A stretch of DNA of 64,000 nucleotides from Kiritimatiellia bacterium (GTDB lineage: Bacteria > Verrucomicrobiota > Kiritimatiellia > RFP12 > UBA1067), in NCBI GenBank assembly GCA_051884915.1, contig JBJEWF010000028.1, positions 5,515-69,514 of the forward strand, written 5' to 3'. This document shows positions 27,507 to 35,639 of the stretch, one piece after another. Position numbers and translations under genes: made by a program. How positions within the stretch are numbered: the stretch's first letter is position 1; the number at the start of each line of letters is the position of its first letter. Below the pieces are notes generated by a model. That model was not told where the DNA came from and made no database searches. It was given only the letters and a program-made list of their open reading frames with translations.

Positions 27507-28343
27507 TCACTTGATCGTGTAGCGCGTGGCCTTGACGAGCGCCTTCCAGAGGTCGGCCGGCGTCGCCGCCGCCAGCAGCGCGTCACGGTTCTCCCGCTTC
27601 GAGAAGGCCTCGCCGAGGCCGGCCATCAGGCGCAGATAGAACGCGCTGACCGCCACGGGAATCACGCTGAAGAAGATGAAATTGACCTTCGAGCCGCTGT
27701 CGTCGTAGACGATGCCCTCCCGCGACACGCCGAGCGCCAGCGTCAGGCCGCCGCCCTCGACGCCGCGGACGTGCGGGAACGCGATGCCCTTGCCCACGGC
27801 CGTCGACAGCACGCTCTCGCGCTCCATTGCCGCCGCCACGAGCGCGGCCGGATTCGAGACGAACCGGTTGGCCGCCATCGCGCCGGCCAGTTCGCGGATC
27901 GCCGCCTCCGTCGTCGTCGCCGCAAGGCGGCAGACCATCAGCTCTTCCGCCGAGAACCGGCTGATGCCCGTCTTGCGCGCCTCGCCGCGGGCCGGCTTCT
28001 CCGCCACGGAACGCGGCGCGTCCTCGTCCTCGTTGAACAGCATGCGCCCGCAGGAGGAGCACATCTGCATCGTCTTGGCCATGCGGACCTGCTGCACCTG
28101 CGAAATCGGCAGGCGCATGCCGCAGACGGCGCAGCAGCCGTTGACCATCGGCGACATCACGACATGGTCCTTCTTGTACAGGCGCTGGTAGAGCATCTTG
28201 CACCGCGCGTCGAGCTGCGCCGTCAGGGCGTCGATCGAATCGTTCAGGGAATCCAGATGCGAGCCGTCGCCCGTGGCGTGGTGCTCGTCGCGCGTCAGGA
28301 CGAGTTCCTGGAGCTGGTTGAGGAGATTGAGCTGGTTTTTCAT
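27507..28343 (-). CDS. Fusion protein: coiled-coil plus C4 zinc-ribbon (COG1579/HP0958-like) N-domain and PTS EIIA(Ntr)-type C-domain
   Basis: Trimmed to the ATG at 28343 (MKNQLNLLNQLQEL...). CAVCGMRLP...CSSCGRMLF zinc ribbon, then GKGIAFPHVRG, which is the EIIA-2 family phospho-His motif. Confidence 0.75.
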   Translation of the reverse strand: MKNQLNLLNQLQELVLTRDEHHATGDGSHLDSLNDSIDALTAQLDARCKMLYQRLYKKDHVVMSPMVNGCCAVCGMRLPISQVQQVRMAKTMQMCSSCGRMLFNEDEDAPRSVAEKPARGEARKTGISRFSAEELMVCRLAATTTEAAIRELAGAMAANRFVSNPAALVAAAMERESVLSTAVGKGIAFPHVRGVEGGGLTLALGVSREGIVYDDSGSKVNFIFFSVIPVAVSAFYLRLMAGLGEAFSKRENRDALLAAATPADLWKALVKATRYTIK

Positions 28344-28357
28344 GCCGTACCCCGGTT

Positions 28358-29038
28358 TCACCGCTGCGTATAGGTCCCGTCGACCTCTTCCCACGTCCGC
28401 GTGGCGAAGAACTCCGCGATGGCCGCGTCGTACTGGGCCGTGTGGGCGAACGCCTTCTTCATCAGCCGGAAGCGCGTGTCCAGCCCCAGCGTGCCGCCGC
28501 GGGCGTCCAGTTCGCTGGCGATGCTGCCGTAGTCGAGCGGGTCCGTGACCGAAGCCACGCGCAGATAGTTCTTCGCCGAGGCGCGCACCATGCAGGGGCC
28601 GCCGATGTCGATGTTCGTGCGCGCCATTTCCGGCGTCACGCCCGCCTGCGCCACCGTCTGCCGGAACGGATAGAGGTTGACGACGACCATGTCGATCGGC
28701 TGCGCGGCCAGGCGTTTCAGGTCCGCCTGGTGCGCCGCGTTGTAGGTCTCGCTCAGCAGCCCGAGATAGATCTTGAAGTCGAGCGTCTTCACGAGACCGC
28801 CCTGCATCTCCGGCTGCCCCGTGTAGTCGCTCACCGCGACGAGCGTCCCCGCGGCCGCGGCGCCGAGAATCTCCTTCACCTTCGCGTAGGTCCCGCCCGT
28901 CGAATAGATCCGCACGCCCGGACACGCCTTCACCAGCGCGGGCACGAACGCGTCCAGTCCCGTCTTGTCGGACACGCTCATCAGCACGTTTCTGACGGCA
29001 ACCCGGGAATCGATGTCCTTCACGATGTTCAACGCCAT
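28358..29038 (-). CDS. Stand-alone IMP cyclohydrolase (MGS-like N-domain of PurH); no AICAR formyltransferase domain
   Basis: LMSVSDKTG, STGGT, VKTL, VVVNLYPF, NIDIGGPCMVRASAKN and KKAFAHTAQYD all track the first ~200 residues of PurH. The ORF stops at 226 aa. Confidence 0.8.
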   Translation of the reverse strand: MALNIVKDIDSRVAVRNVLMSVSDKTGLDAFVPALVKACPGVRIYSTGGTYAKVKEILGAAAAGTLVAVSDYTGQPEMQGGLVKTLDFKIYLGLLSETYNAAHQADLKRLAAQPIDMVVVNLYPFRQTVAQAGVTPEMARTNIDIGGPCMVRASAKNYLRVASVTDPLDYGSIASELDARGGTLGLDTRFRLMKKAFAHTAQYDAAIAEFFATRTWEEVDGTYTQR

Positions 29039-29068
29039 GGCAAAACTCCTTCGGTAAAATATAGGACC

Positions 29069-29097
29069 ATTTTATCACATGCGGCAGACAAGGTAAA
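29069..29097 (-). promoter_or_regulatory. Sigma70-like promoter TTTACC-N17-TAAAAT with TGA extended -10
   Basis: Minus strand reads TTTACC TTGTCTGCCGCATGTGA TAAAAT followed by about 30 nt containing GAAGGAG, then the ATG at 29038. Confidence 0.5.
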
Positions 29098-29241
29098 GGA
29101 CGGAGAATGGGAAACGACCGGATGCGCCGACCGGGACTTCGCCTCCCGATTCGGCGTCCCGCTCCGGCGCCGGTCCGCGCGGAGACCATCCAGCCTTGCG
29201 TCCCGCTTCGGCGCCGGGCCCGCGCGCGGCGGGTCCCCGGC

Positions 29242-32200
29242 CTAGCCGAAGAGGCGGTCGGGAATGAAGCAGCTCGCCACCACGTGCCCCTTCACCACGA
29301 CGGTGGCGACGGGAACGGTCCGTCCCGTGAACATCTTGAAGTTCTGGAGCCATTGCCCGCGCAGTTCGATTTCCAGCGCCCCGGTCTCCGCCTTGAAGGA
29401 GACGACCACCAGTTCGCGCGGGGAATAGCGGATGCCCGTGCCCAGGGCCTTCGACACGGCCTCCTTCGCGCACCAGAACCGGATGATCGCGCTGGGGGAG
29501 TCCACGGCGTTGACGGCCAGCTCCTGCTCTTCCGGCAGGAAGACGCCGTGCGTGAATTCGTCCGAGAGGCACCGGTCGGAGGCTTCCACGTCGACGCCGA
29601 CGCGCGCGTTCATCGCCGCCACGGCCAGGACGAAACGCGACGTGTGGGCAATGGAGACGTCCAGCCGCATGTTCTGCCACAGGTGTCCCTGCCAGGGGCC
29701 TTCCGTCAGCGGCTTGCCGCAGGGGTCCGTGTAGACCTGGACGTCGGCGTCGCTCCAGCGGGCCTGGTAGAACCGCTCCAGGAAGCGGCGGACGGCTTCC
29801 TTGGCCGCAATGCGCCCGAAAAGCCATTCCGTCCGCCGCGCCACGCCGCCCTTGGCCGCCATTTCGGAGAACTCGCGGCGCTCGTTGCGCCCCAGCACGA
29901 TGTGCGAAAGCGCCTTGAGCCACAGTTCCTCGTTCCGCTCGAACAGCGGGTAGTCGACGTCCGTCAGCATGGCCGACGCGATGGACGTGCCGGGCGAGCC
30001 CAGCCGGTCGTCCGGCAGATCCCGCGACAGATAGGTCCGCGCGGGCTCCAGGAGCAGACGGCGGTATTCGTCCGGCACCCGGACCGTCAGCTCCTCGTAG
30101 CCGTGCAGCTCCATCAGCAGGTTGCCGTTGCCGTCCGAAACGAAGATGTCCGCCACCAGCGAGGTCGGCGTCACCCCCGTATTGCGCAGGTAGCACTGCA
30201 GATGCGCGTTGTCGGGAATCGCGAGCTTGTGCAGCGTCAGCACGCGCAGGCGGAAGGCGTAGGACACCGCGCCCGCGAACCGTTCGTGGCTCCGCCACAG
30301 CTGGAAGCCGTCCGTCACCGCGGCCAGCAGTTGCGGATTCAGGACCCAGCAGGGCACGGTCGTGTGCCGGACCGCCTCGTCGGACGCGGGCACCACGACC
30401 TCGTAGTCCAGGCCCTCTTCGCTCCAGCGGTCCGCCTTGGCGATGCCCTGGAGCTGGCGGCCGGCGAACAGACGGTCCGGATAGATGTCGCATTGCGCCC
30501 AGTGGACATCGCGCGCTTTTTCGTGGGGCGGCGGCGTGAAGGCCACCGGCGCCACGTCGGCCTTCGTCAGCAGGAACGTGCCCTCCATCGCGGGCCACGT
30601 CCAGACGGAGTCCGGCGCGTCCTCGCGGATCTGGACGCGAACGGCGGTCCGCTTCGGATCGGACGACGCCACGTGTTCGGCCCGCACGAAGAGCTTCAGC
30701 CTGCCGTTCTGGAACGGCACCGTTCGCCGGCGCTGCAGATCGTCAATCGCCACCACGTGCAGGCCGGGCGTCAGCGTCTGGGCCAGTTCGGCCATGATTT
30801 CCGCCCCCATGACCAGCGTCAGGACGGTGAATCCGCGCAGCGGCGGCGCCGAACCGTCTCCATGCTCGGGGTGGGACAGCTGCGAGGTGCCCATGGCGAA
30901 ATCGGCCAGCAGCGGTTCCGAATCGAAGGAGAACACCTTCGAGATCTCGATCGACATGCTCGGCTGATAGGACTCGACGTTCATGTCGGAAATCAGCGGA
31001 TACGCGGCGCCGTAGCCGAACTGCTGCTGCCGCTGCCGGAGCCGCACGGCGGCGGCGCGGCGGCGCGCCGCCGCCCGGTCGCGCCGGTCCGGCGCGCTCT
31101 CCATCGTCGCCACCATGGCCGATCCCTCCAGCGAGGGCTTTTCCGTCAGCAGAAGAAGCCGCGGGAATTCGCGGGAGAGGCGCAGTTCCGTTTCGTTGCG
31201 GATGCTCAGCGCGAGCGGGGCGTCGAAGGGCAGCAGCCGGCACCGGCGCTGGCGGAAGAGCAGCGACGGGTCGACCGGCGCCCCCAGGGCCGCCAGCATG
31301 CCGACCACGTGCATCAGCTGCAGCAGACCCGCGCGGTGGATGGAGTCGGCGGCCAGCGCGACGTGCTCTTCGCCGTGAAGGACCTCGTCGACAAAGCCGC
31401 TGCACGTCCCCCGCGGACCGACCTCCAGAAAGACGCGAACGCCATCCGCGTGCATCCGGCGGATCGTCTCCTCGAACCGCACGGGCTCGACCCACTGCTC
31501 GGCCACGCCGTCGCGGACCTTGCGGACTTTCATCGGCAGGCGCTCCGCCGTCCCGCAGGAATAGACCGGGATGCGCGGCTTCTCGTCCACCCAGTTCGAC
31601 GCGAACTTCCGGAAGAGCGGCAGCACCGACCGGCACCACGGCGTGTTGAACGGGCGGTCGACCGAGAGGCGGTGGCTGCGGATGCCCAGGCCGGCCAGAC
31701 GGTGCAGGATGCCTTCGGCGTGTTCCGGATCGAACGCGACCGTCAGGTGCCGCGGCGAAAACCGGTAGGCGACGCTGGCCTGGTCCGCCGGCAGGTCCGC
31801 CAGCGCCGCGGCCGCCTGTTCCGGATGGGGCGAGACGAGCGAAACGAACAGGCATTTGGGCAGCCCGGCGTGGGAGACCGCCGTATTGACGACCTTGTAG
31901 ACCTCCTGGAGGAACTTCAGCCGGTCCTTGCGCTCGAATTTGCCCAGCAGCCCGCCCACGGCCAGCGCGCTCAGGTCGCCGCCCGAGAAACCCGTCGCGG
32001 CGTCCGGGACGATGCCCAGCGCCTGGAACATCCGCGTCAGCGCCAGGTTGGCGGAATAGGTCGACACCAGGGCCTCCGCATAGCCGCCGGCCGTGAACAC
32101 GTCCGCGTCCTGGCGATAGTGCGGCGCGGGGGGGAAGATGAACGAAGAGGGCTGAAACGGACCCTTGCCCTTCAGCGCCGACTCCAGCTCGTCGAAGGGC

Positions 32201-32619
32201 AGACGGCACTCGCGGAAGCGGACCGCCACCTCGCGCAGCATGTCGGGATAGAACGACATGGCCCCCGAATAGACGAACGCGAGCTTGCCGGTTCCGCCTT
32301 CGCCCAGAACGTGGCGGCGGAAGAAATAGGTCCCCGACCTGTCGCGAATCCGTTCCGTCCTTTCGTCCGCCAGACGCGCGGCGGCCGAAGCCAGACGGCC
32401 GCGCAGTTCGGCCGTGTCCGACGCCACGATCGCCAGCACGGCCGCCTGGCCGGGACCGAACTTCCGGGCGCACGTGTACGCGACGTCCCGCAGCTCGACG
32501 CTGGACACCTGGTCCAGAAACGCGATCAGGCCCTTGGCGTCCTGCGCCAGCTGGGCGACGCTGTCGGCGCCGAGGAGCACGAGTTCGCTGCCGAAGGACT
32601 CGCTGAAATCCGCGCTCAC
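29242..32619 (-). CDS. PKS-like multidomain protein: KS-AT linker, acyltransferase-like, polyketide-dehydratase-like, then Sfp-type 4'-phosphopantetheinyl transferase
   Basis: Track ORF 29242..33414 trimmed to the GTG at 32619 (VSADFSESFGSELVLLGADS...), with GGGGAGGAG 6 nt upstream. AT-like LAFVYSGAMSFYPDM and GFSGGD. DH-like YPLIS...LADFAMG. PPTase motifs VSIAHTS, VGVDVE and WCAKEAVSKALG. Confidence 0.85.
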   Translation of the reverse strand: MSADFSESFGSELVLLGADSVAQLAQDAKGLIAFLDQVSSVELRDVAYTCARKFGPGQAAVLAIVASDTAELRGRLASAAARLADERTERIRDRSGTYFFRRHVLGEGGTGKLAFVYSGAMSFYPDMLREVAVRFRECRLPFDELESALKGKGPFQPSSFIFPPAPHYRQDADVFTAGGYAEALVSTYSANLALTRMFQALGIVPDAATGFSGGDLSALAVGGLLGKFERKDRLKFLQEVYKVVNTAVSHAGLPKCLFVSLVSPHPEQAAAALADLPADQASVAYRFSPRHLTVAFDPEHAEGILHRLAGLGIRSHRLSVDRPFNTPWCRSVLPLFRKFASNWVDEKPRIPVYSCGTAERLPMKVRKVRDGVAEQWVEPVRFEETIRRMHADGVRVFLEVGPRGTCSGFVDEVLHGEEHVALAADSIHRAGLLQLMHVVGMLAALGAPVDPSLLFRQRRCRLLPFDAPLALSIRNETELRLSREFPRLLLLTEKPSLEGSAMVATMESAPDRRDRAAARRRAAAVRLRQRQQQFGYGAAYPLISDMNVESYQPSMSIEISKVFSFDSEPLLADFAMGTSQLSHPEHGDGSAPPLRGFTVLTLVMGAEIMAELAQTLTPGLHVVAIDDLQRRRTVPFQNGRLKLFVRAEHVASSDPKRTAVRVQIREDAPDSVWTWPAMEGTFLLTKADVAPVAFTPPPHEKARDVHWAQCDIYPDRLFAGRQLQGIAKADRWSEEGLDYEVVVPASDEAVRHTTVPCWVLNPQLLAAVTDGFQLWRSHERFAGAVSYAFRLRVLTLHKLAIPDNAHLQCYLRNTGVTPTSLVADIFVSDGNGNLLMELHGYEELTVRVPDEYRRLLLEPARTYLSRDLPDDRLGSPGTSIASAMLTDVDYPLFERNEELWLKALSHIVLGRNERREFSEMAAKGGVARRTEWLFGRIAAKEAVRRFLERFYQARWSDADVQVYTDPCGKPLTEGPWQGHLWQNMRLDVSIAHTSRFVLAVAAMNARVGVDVEASDRCLSDEFTHGVFLPEEQELAVNAVDSPSAIIRFWCAKEAVSKALGTGIRYSPRELVVVSFKAETGALEIELRGQWLQNFKMFTGRTVPVATVVVKGHVVASCFIPDRLFG

Positions 32620-33986
32620 TGCCGCTCCTCCCCTTCGGGCTCCTCTTCCATGACCACCGCCGCCTTCCGTCCGCCCGGCTCGCCCGCCAGCACCATGGCG
32701 CGCCGCGGGGAGGAGGGGTCGCCCGTGATCCACGGCCGCGCCTCGTTCAGCAGGTAGACGGACGACCCGCGGCTGGACAGCACGGCGAGAGGATTCGCGA
32801 CGGGCATCTGCGGCGGCAGAATCCGGCGCCAGAGGGCGATGGCGATCTTCAGCAGGCTGGCCGCCGCCTCCGCCCGGAAGCAGTGCCCCACGTTGCCCTT
32901 CACCGAACCGATTCCCACCAGGGCGCCGCCCGGGAGATGGTCGCCCCACGCCCGCTGCAGGGCGACGACCTCCTCCTCGTCGGCCGCGGGCGTTCCGTAG
33001 CCTTCGGCCTCGACCAGCCCGATCGAGTGGAAATCGACCTGGGCGCGGTCGACGGCCGCCGCCAGCGCCTCGTCGATCGAGACCGCGCCGCAGGAGACGC
33101 CGCGGATCAGCGCATAGATCCGGTCGTTCGCCGCCAGCGCGTCCGCCTCGCGCTTGAGGACGAAGAACGCGCCGCCCTCGCCGGGCAGCGTCCCGGCGGC
33201 ATGCCGGTCGAACGGCAGCAGGTCCGGCTCCTCCGAAAAGTCCATTTCGCCCGAAACGCCTTCGAGCAGCGACCGGCTCAGCGGCGGCGTGAGCGCGCCC
33301 GCCAGGGCCACGTCGGCGCGGCCGCTCCGCAAATCGTCCATCGCCGCGCGCAGGGAGGCCACGCCGCTGAGCACGCCGCCGTCCAGCGTCGTCGCGCCGC
33401 CGGAAAACGAGCACTCGCGCGCGATCCAGTCGGCAATGCGGTGTCCGCTTCCGGCAAGGAAGCTCGCCGCGTTCGGCGCCGGCAGCGATTCGACCAGTTT
33501 CACGCGAATCTGCTCCATCGCCTCGCTCGGGGCCGTGCGGAAGAACTTCGCGATGATGTCCATGGTCTGGTCGATGAAATGCGTGTGCAGCAGCCAGTTG
33601 ACCGTCGACGCGTTGAAGGGCGGCGCGTAGCCGAAGCGCACCGTTCCCCGCTGGCGCTCCCGGCCATGGGGCCGCAGACCGGCGTCCAGCAGCGCGTCAA
33701 AGGCCAACTGCACGGCAAAATACAGGTCCTGGTTCTCGCCGGCGTTGATCTGGCGGGGGAAGTTCTGCTCGCCGGGCTCGCAGGCGTAGAGTTCGCCCAG
33801 CAGACCGCCGTGGCGGGGATAGGGGCGGGCGAACAGCGTGGCCGCCTCGGGCAGCAAACCGCTCTCCACGGGAAAGGGGGCGATGCCGCTCTTCTGGTGC
33901 ATGACCATGCGCCAGAAAGCCCCGGGATCCGGCGCCTTGGCAAAACGGCAGGAAACGCCAATGATCGCTATTGGTGTGTTTTGCAC
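32616..33986 (-). CDS. Ketosynthase-like protein lacking the active-site Cys (KS0)
   Basis: Track ORF 32616..34619 trimmed to the GTG at 33986 so that the conserved KS N-terminus IAIIGVSCRFA is kept. TLDGGVLSGVASL replaces [20 protein letters not shown] replaces EAHGTGT. GSVKGNVGH is retained. Confidence 0.8.
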   Translation of the reverse strand: MQNTPIAIIGVSCRFAKAPDPGAFWRMVMHQKSGIAPFPVESGLLPEAATLFARPYPRHGGLLGELYACEPGEQNFPRQINAGENQDLYFAVQLAFDALLDAGLRPHGRERQRGTVRFGYAPPFNASTVNWLLHTHFIDQTMDIIAKFFRTAPSEAMEQIRVKLVESLPAPNAASFLAGSGHRIADWIARECSFSGGATTLDGGVLSGVASLRAAMDDLRSGRADVALAGALTPPLSRSLLEGVSGEMDFSEEPDLLPFDRHAAGTLPGEGGAFFVLKREADALAANDRIYALIRGVSCGAVSIDEALAAAVDRAQVDFHSIGLVEAEGYGTPAADEEEVVALQRAWGDHLPGGALVGIGSVKGNVGHCFRAEAAASLLKIAIALWRRILPPQMPVANPLAVLSSRGSSVYLLNEARPWITGDPSSPRRAMVLAGEPGGRKAAVVMEEEPEGEERQ

Positions 33987-33990
33987 CCGC

Positions 33991-34836
33991 CTAGTATAGC
34001 ATACCCAGCACGCGCCGAAGAAATTTTTCGGGGGTCGACGCGCCCGCCGTGACGCCCAGCCGGCACACGGACGAGAAGTCGCACGCGGCCACGTCCTCGA
34101 CCCTCCCGGCCTGCCAGGCCCGGGCCCCCTCCGCCCGCGCGATCTCGGCCAGCCGCCGCGTGTTGGAGGAATGCGCGCTTCCCAGCACCAGAACGCCGTC
34201 GCCGCCCGCCCGCACGAACCGGCGAACGGCCTCCTGCCGGTCCTTCGTGGCCGTGCAGACGTCGGCGGCGGCCGGCGTCTCCACCGCCACTCCGCGGGCG
34301 CGCAGGGCCGCCACGACGGCCTGGATGGTCTCGCCGGCCAGCGTCGTCTGGCTGACGATCCCCGCCGCCGCCACCGGAGGCAGTTCCGCCACGTCCGCCG
34401 CCGCGCCGACAATCGCCCCCCGTCCGCCCGCGGCCACGACCTCTCCCCACACGCCGCCGACCTCCACGTGGTCGGCGTGGCCGACCACGACGACGAACAG
34501 CCCCCGCGCCACGTAGTCGTGGACCTGGCGGTGGGCCCGCCAGACGAACGGACACGTCGCATCGACGACCCGGAGCGCGCGGGACGCGGCGATCGCCCGC
34601 GTGGCCGGGGACACGCCATGGGCGGAGAACATCACCTGCGCGCCGCAGGGAACCGCGCGGATGTCGTCGACGAACCGCATCCCCTGCGCCTTCAGCCCGG
34701 CGATGACGGCCTCGTTGTGCACGAGTTCATGCAGACAGTAGACCGGTCCCGGCATGGAAAGGGCGTGAAGCGCCCGTTCCACGGCGGCCTTCACGCCCGA
34801 GCAGAAGCCATGCGGCTCAAGGACCTCGACGGTCAC
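33991..34836 (-). CDS. ispH: 4-hydroxy-3-methylbut-2-enyl diphosphate reductase
   Basis: GFCSGV, HELVHN, SAHGV, DATCPFV, SQTT and SSNT motifs. GTG start overlapping the mazG stop (GTGA). Confidence 0.92.
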   Translation of the reverse strand: MTVEVLEPHGFCSGVKAAVERALHALSMPGPVYCLHELVHNEAVIAGLKAQGMRFVDDIRAVPCGAQVMFSAHGVSPATRAIAASRALRVVDATCPFVWRAHRQVHDYVARGLFVVVVGHADHVEVGGVWGEVVAAGGRGAIVGAAADVAELPPVAAAGIVSQTTLAGETIQAVVAALRARGVAVETPAAADVCTATKDRQEAVRRFVRAGGDGVLVLGSAHSSNTRRLAEIARAEGARAWQAGRVEDVAACDFSSVCRLGVTAGASTPEKFLRRVLGMLY

Positions 34837-35627
34837 GCGCCCCTCTGCTTCGCCTGGTCCCAGAGTTCGTCCATCTCCGCCAGCGTCATGTCCTTGAGAT
34901 TCCGCCCCGCCGCCTGCGCGCCGGCCTCCACGGCCCGGAAACGCCGGGCGAACTTCGCCGTCGTCCCCTCCAGGGCGGATTCGGAATCCGCCTTCAGGTG
35001 GCGCGCCAGGTTCGTCACGGAAAAAAGCAGATCGCCCAGCTCCTCCTTGACGTGCGGATCGAGCGACGTGTCGGACGAGGCGGCGACGGCCTCCTCAAGT
35101 TCCGCCAGCTCCTCCCTGATCTTCGCCAGCGGACCCCGGGCGTCCTTCCAGTCGAACCCCACGCGCGCGGCCTTCTCCTGCGTCCGCTGCGCCTTGAGCA
35201 GCGCGGGAAGCGAAGGCGGCACGCCGTCCAGCGCGCTGTGGCGCGCCTCCTTCCGGTGCTCCTGCTGCTTGATCCGCTCCCAGTTGCGCAGAACGGTGGC
35301 GGAATCTTTGGCGTCGACATCGCCGAAGACGTGCGGATGGCGCCGGACGAGCTTGTCCGAGACGGCATTCGCCACGTCGTCGAAGGAGAAGCGCTTCTCC
35401 TGTTCCGCCATCACGCACTGGAACATGACCTGAAGCAGAACGTCGCCGAGTTCCTCGACGTAGTTCGCCCGGTCTTCGGGCCTGTCCATGGCCGCCAGCA
35501 GCTCGTAGGTCTCCTCCAGCACGCACGGCTTCAGCGTCGACAGCGTCTGGGCGCGGTCCCACGGGCACCCCGTCTCCGGATGCCGGAGACGGACCATGAT
35601 TTCATGGAGACGTTCGATTCCCGTCAT
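34833..35627 (-). CDS. mazG: Nucleoside triphosphate pyrophosphohydrolase MazG
   Basis: Tandem MazG domains: EETYEL...ELGDVLLQV and EELAELEEA...EELGDLLFSV. Confidence 0.9.
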   Translation of the reverse strand: MTGIERLHEIMVRLRHPETGCPWDRAQTLSTLKPCVLEETYELLAAMDRPEDRANYVEELGDVLLQVMFQCVMAEQEKRFSFDDVANAVSDKLVRRHPHVFGDVDAKDSATVLRNWERIKQQEHRKEARHSALDGVPPSLPALLKAQRTQEKAARVGFDWKDARGPLAKIREELAELEEAVAASSDTSLDPHVKEELGDLLFSVTNLARHLKADSESALEGTTAKFARRFRAVEAGAQAAGRNLKDMTLAEMDELWDQAKQRGA

Positions 35628-35639
35628 CTCCGCGACCCG

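Noticed and set aside
32610-32625. The KS | AT junction as a frameshift mutation, making the pair a pseudogene of one KS-AT gene
   Set aside because: The junction is a clean GTGA stop/start overlap, with GGGGAGGAG placed 6 nt before the GTG. Ten other bona fide junctions in the window have the same design. Both ORFs stay open for 456 and 1125 codons. I cannot exclude an ancient split, so it is discussed in the findings rather than called a pseudogene.
29107-32757. 1216-aa plus-strand ORF, the longest plus ORF in this region
   Set aside because: It is the exact antisense of the PKS-like gene. Its composition is dominated by Arg/Gly/Ala/Pro/His/Asp (RRPGLRL..., HRGQQLRIQDPAGHGR...), and it has no recognisable motif, signal peptide or RBS. 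This is the typical open antisense frame of a high-GC coding strand.
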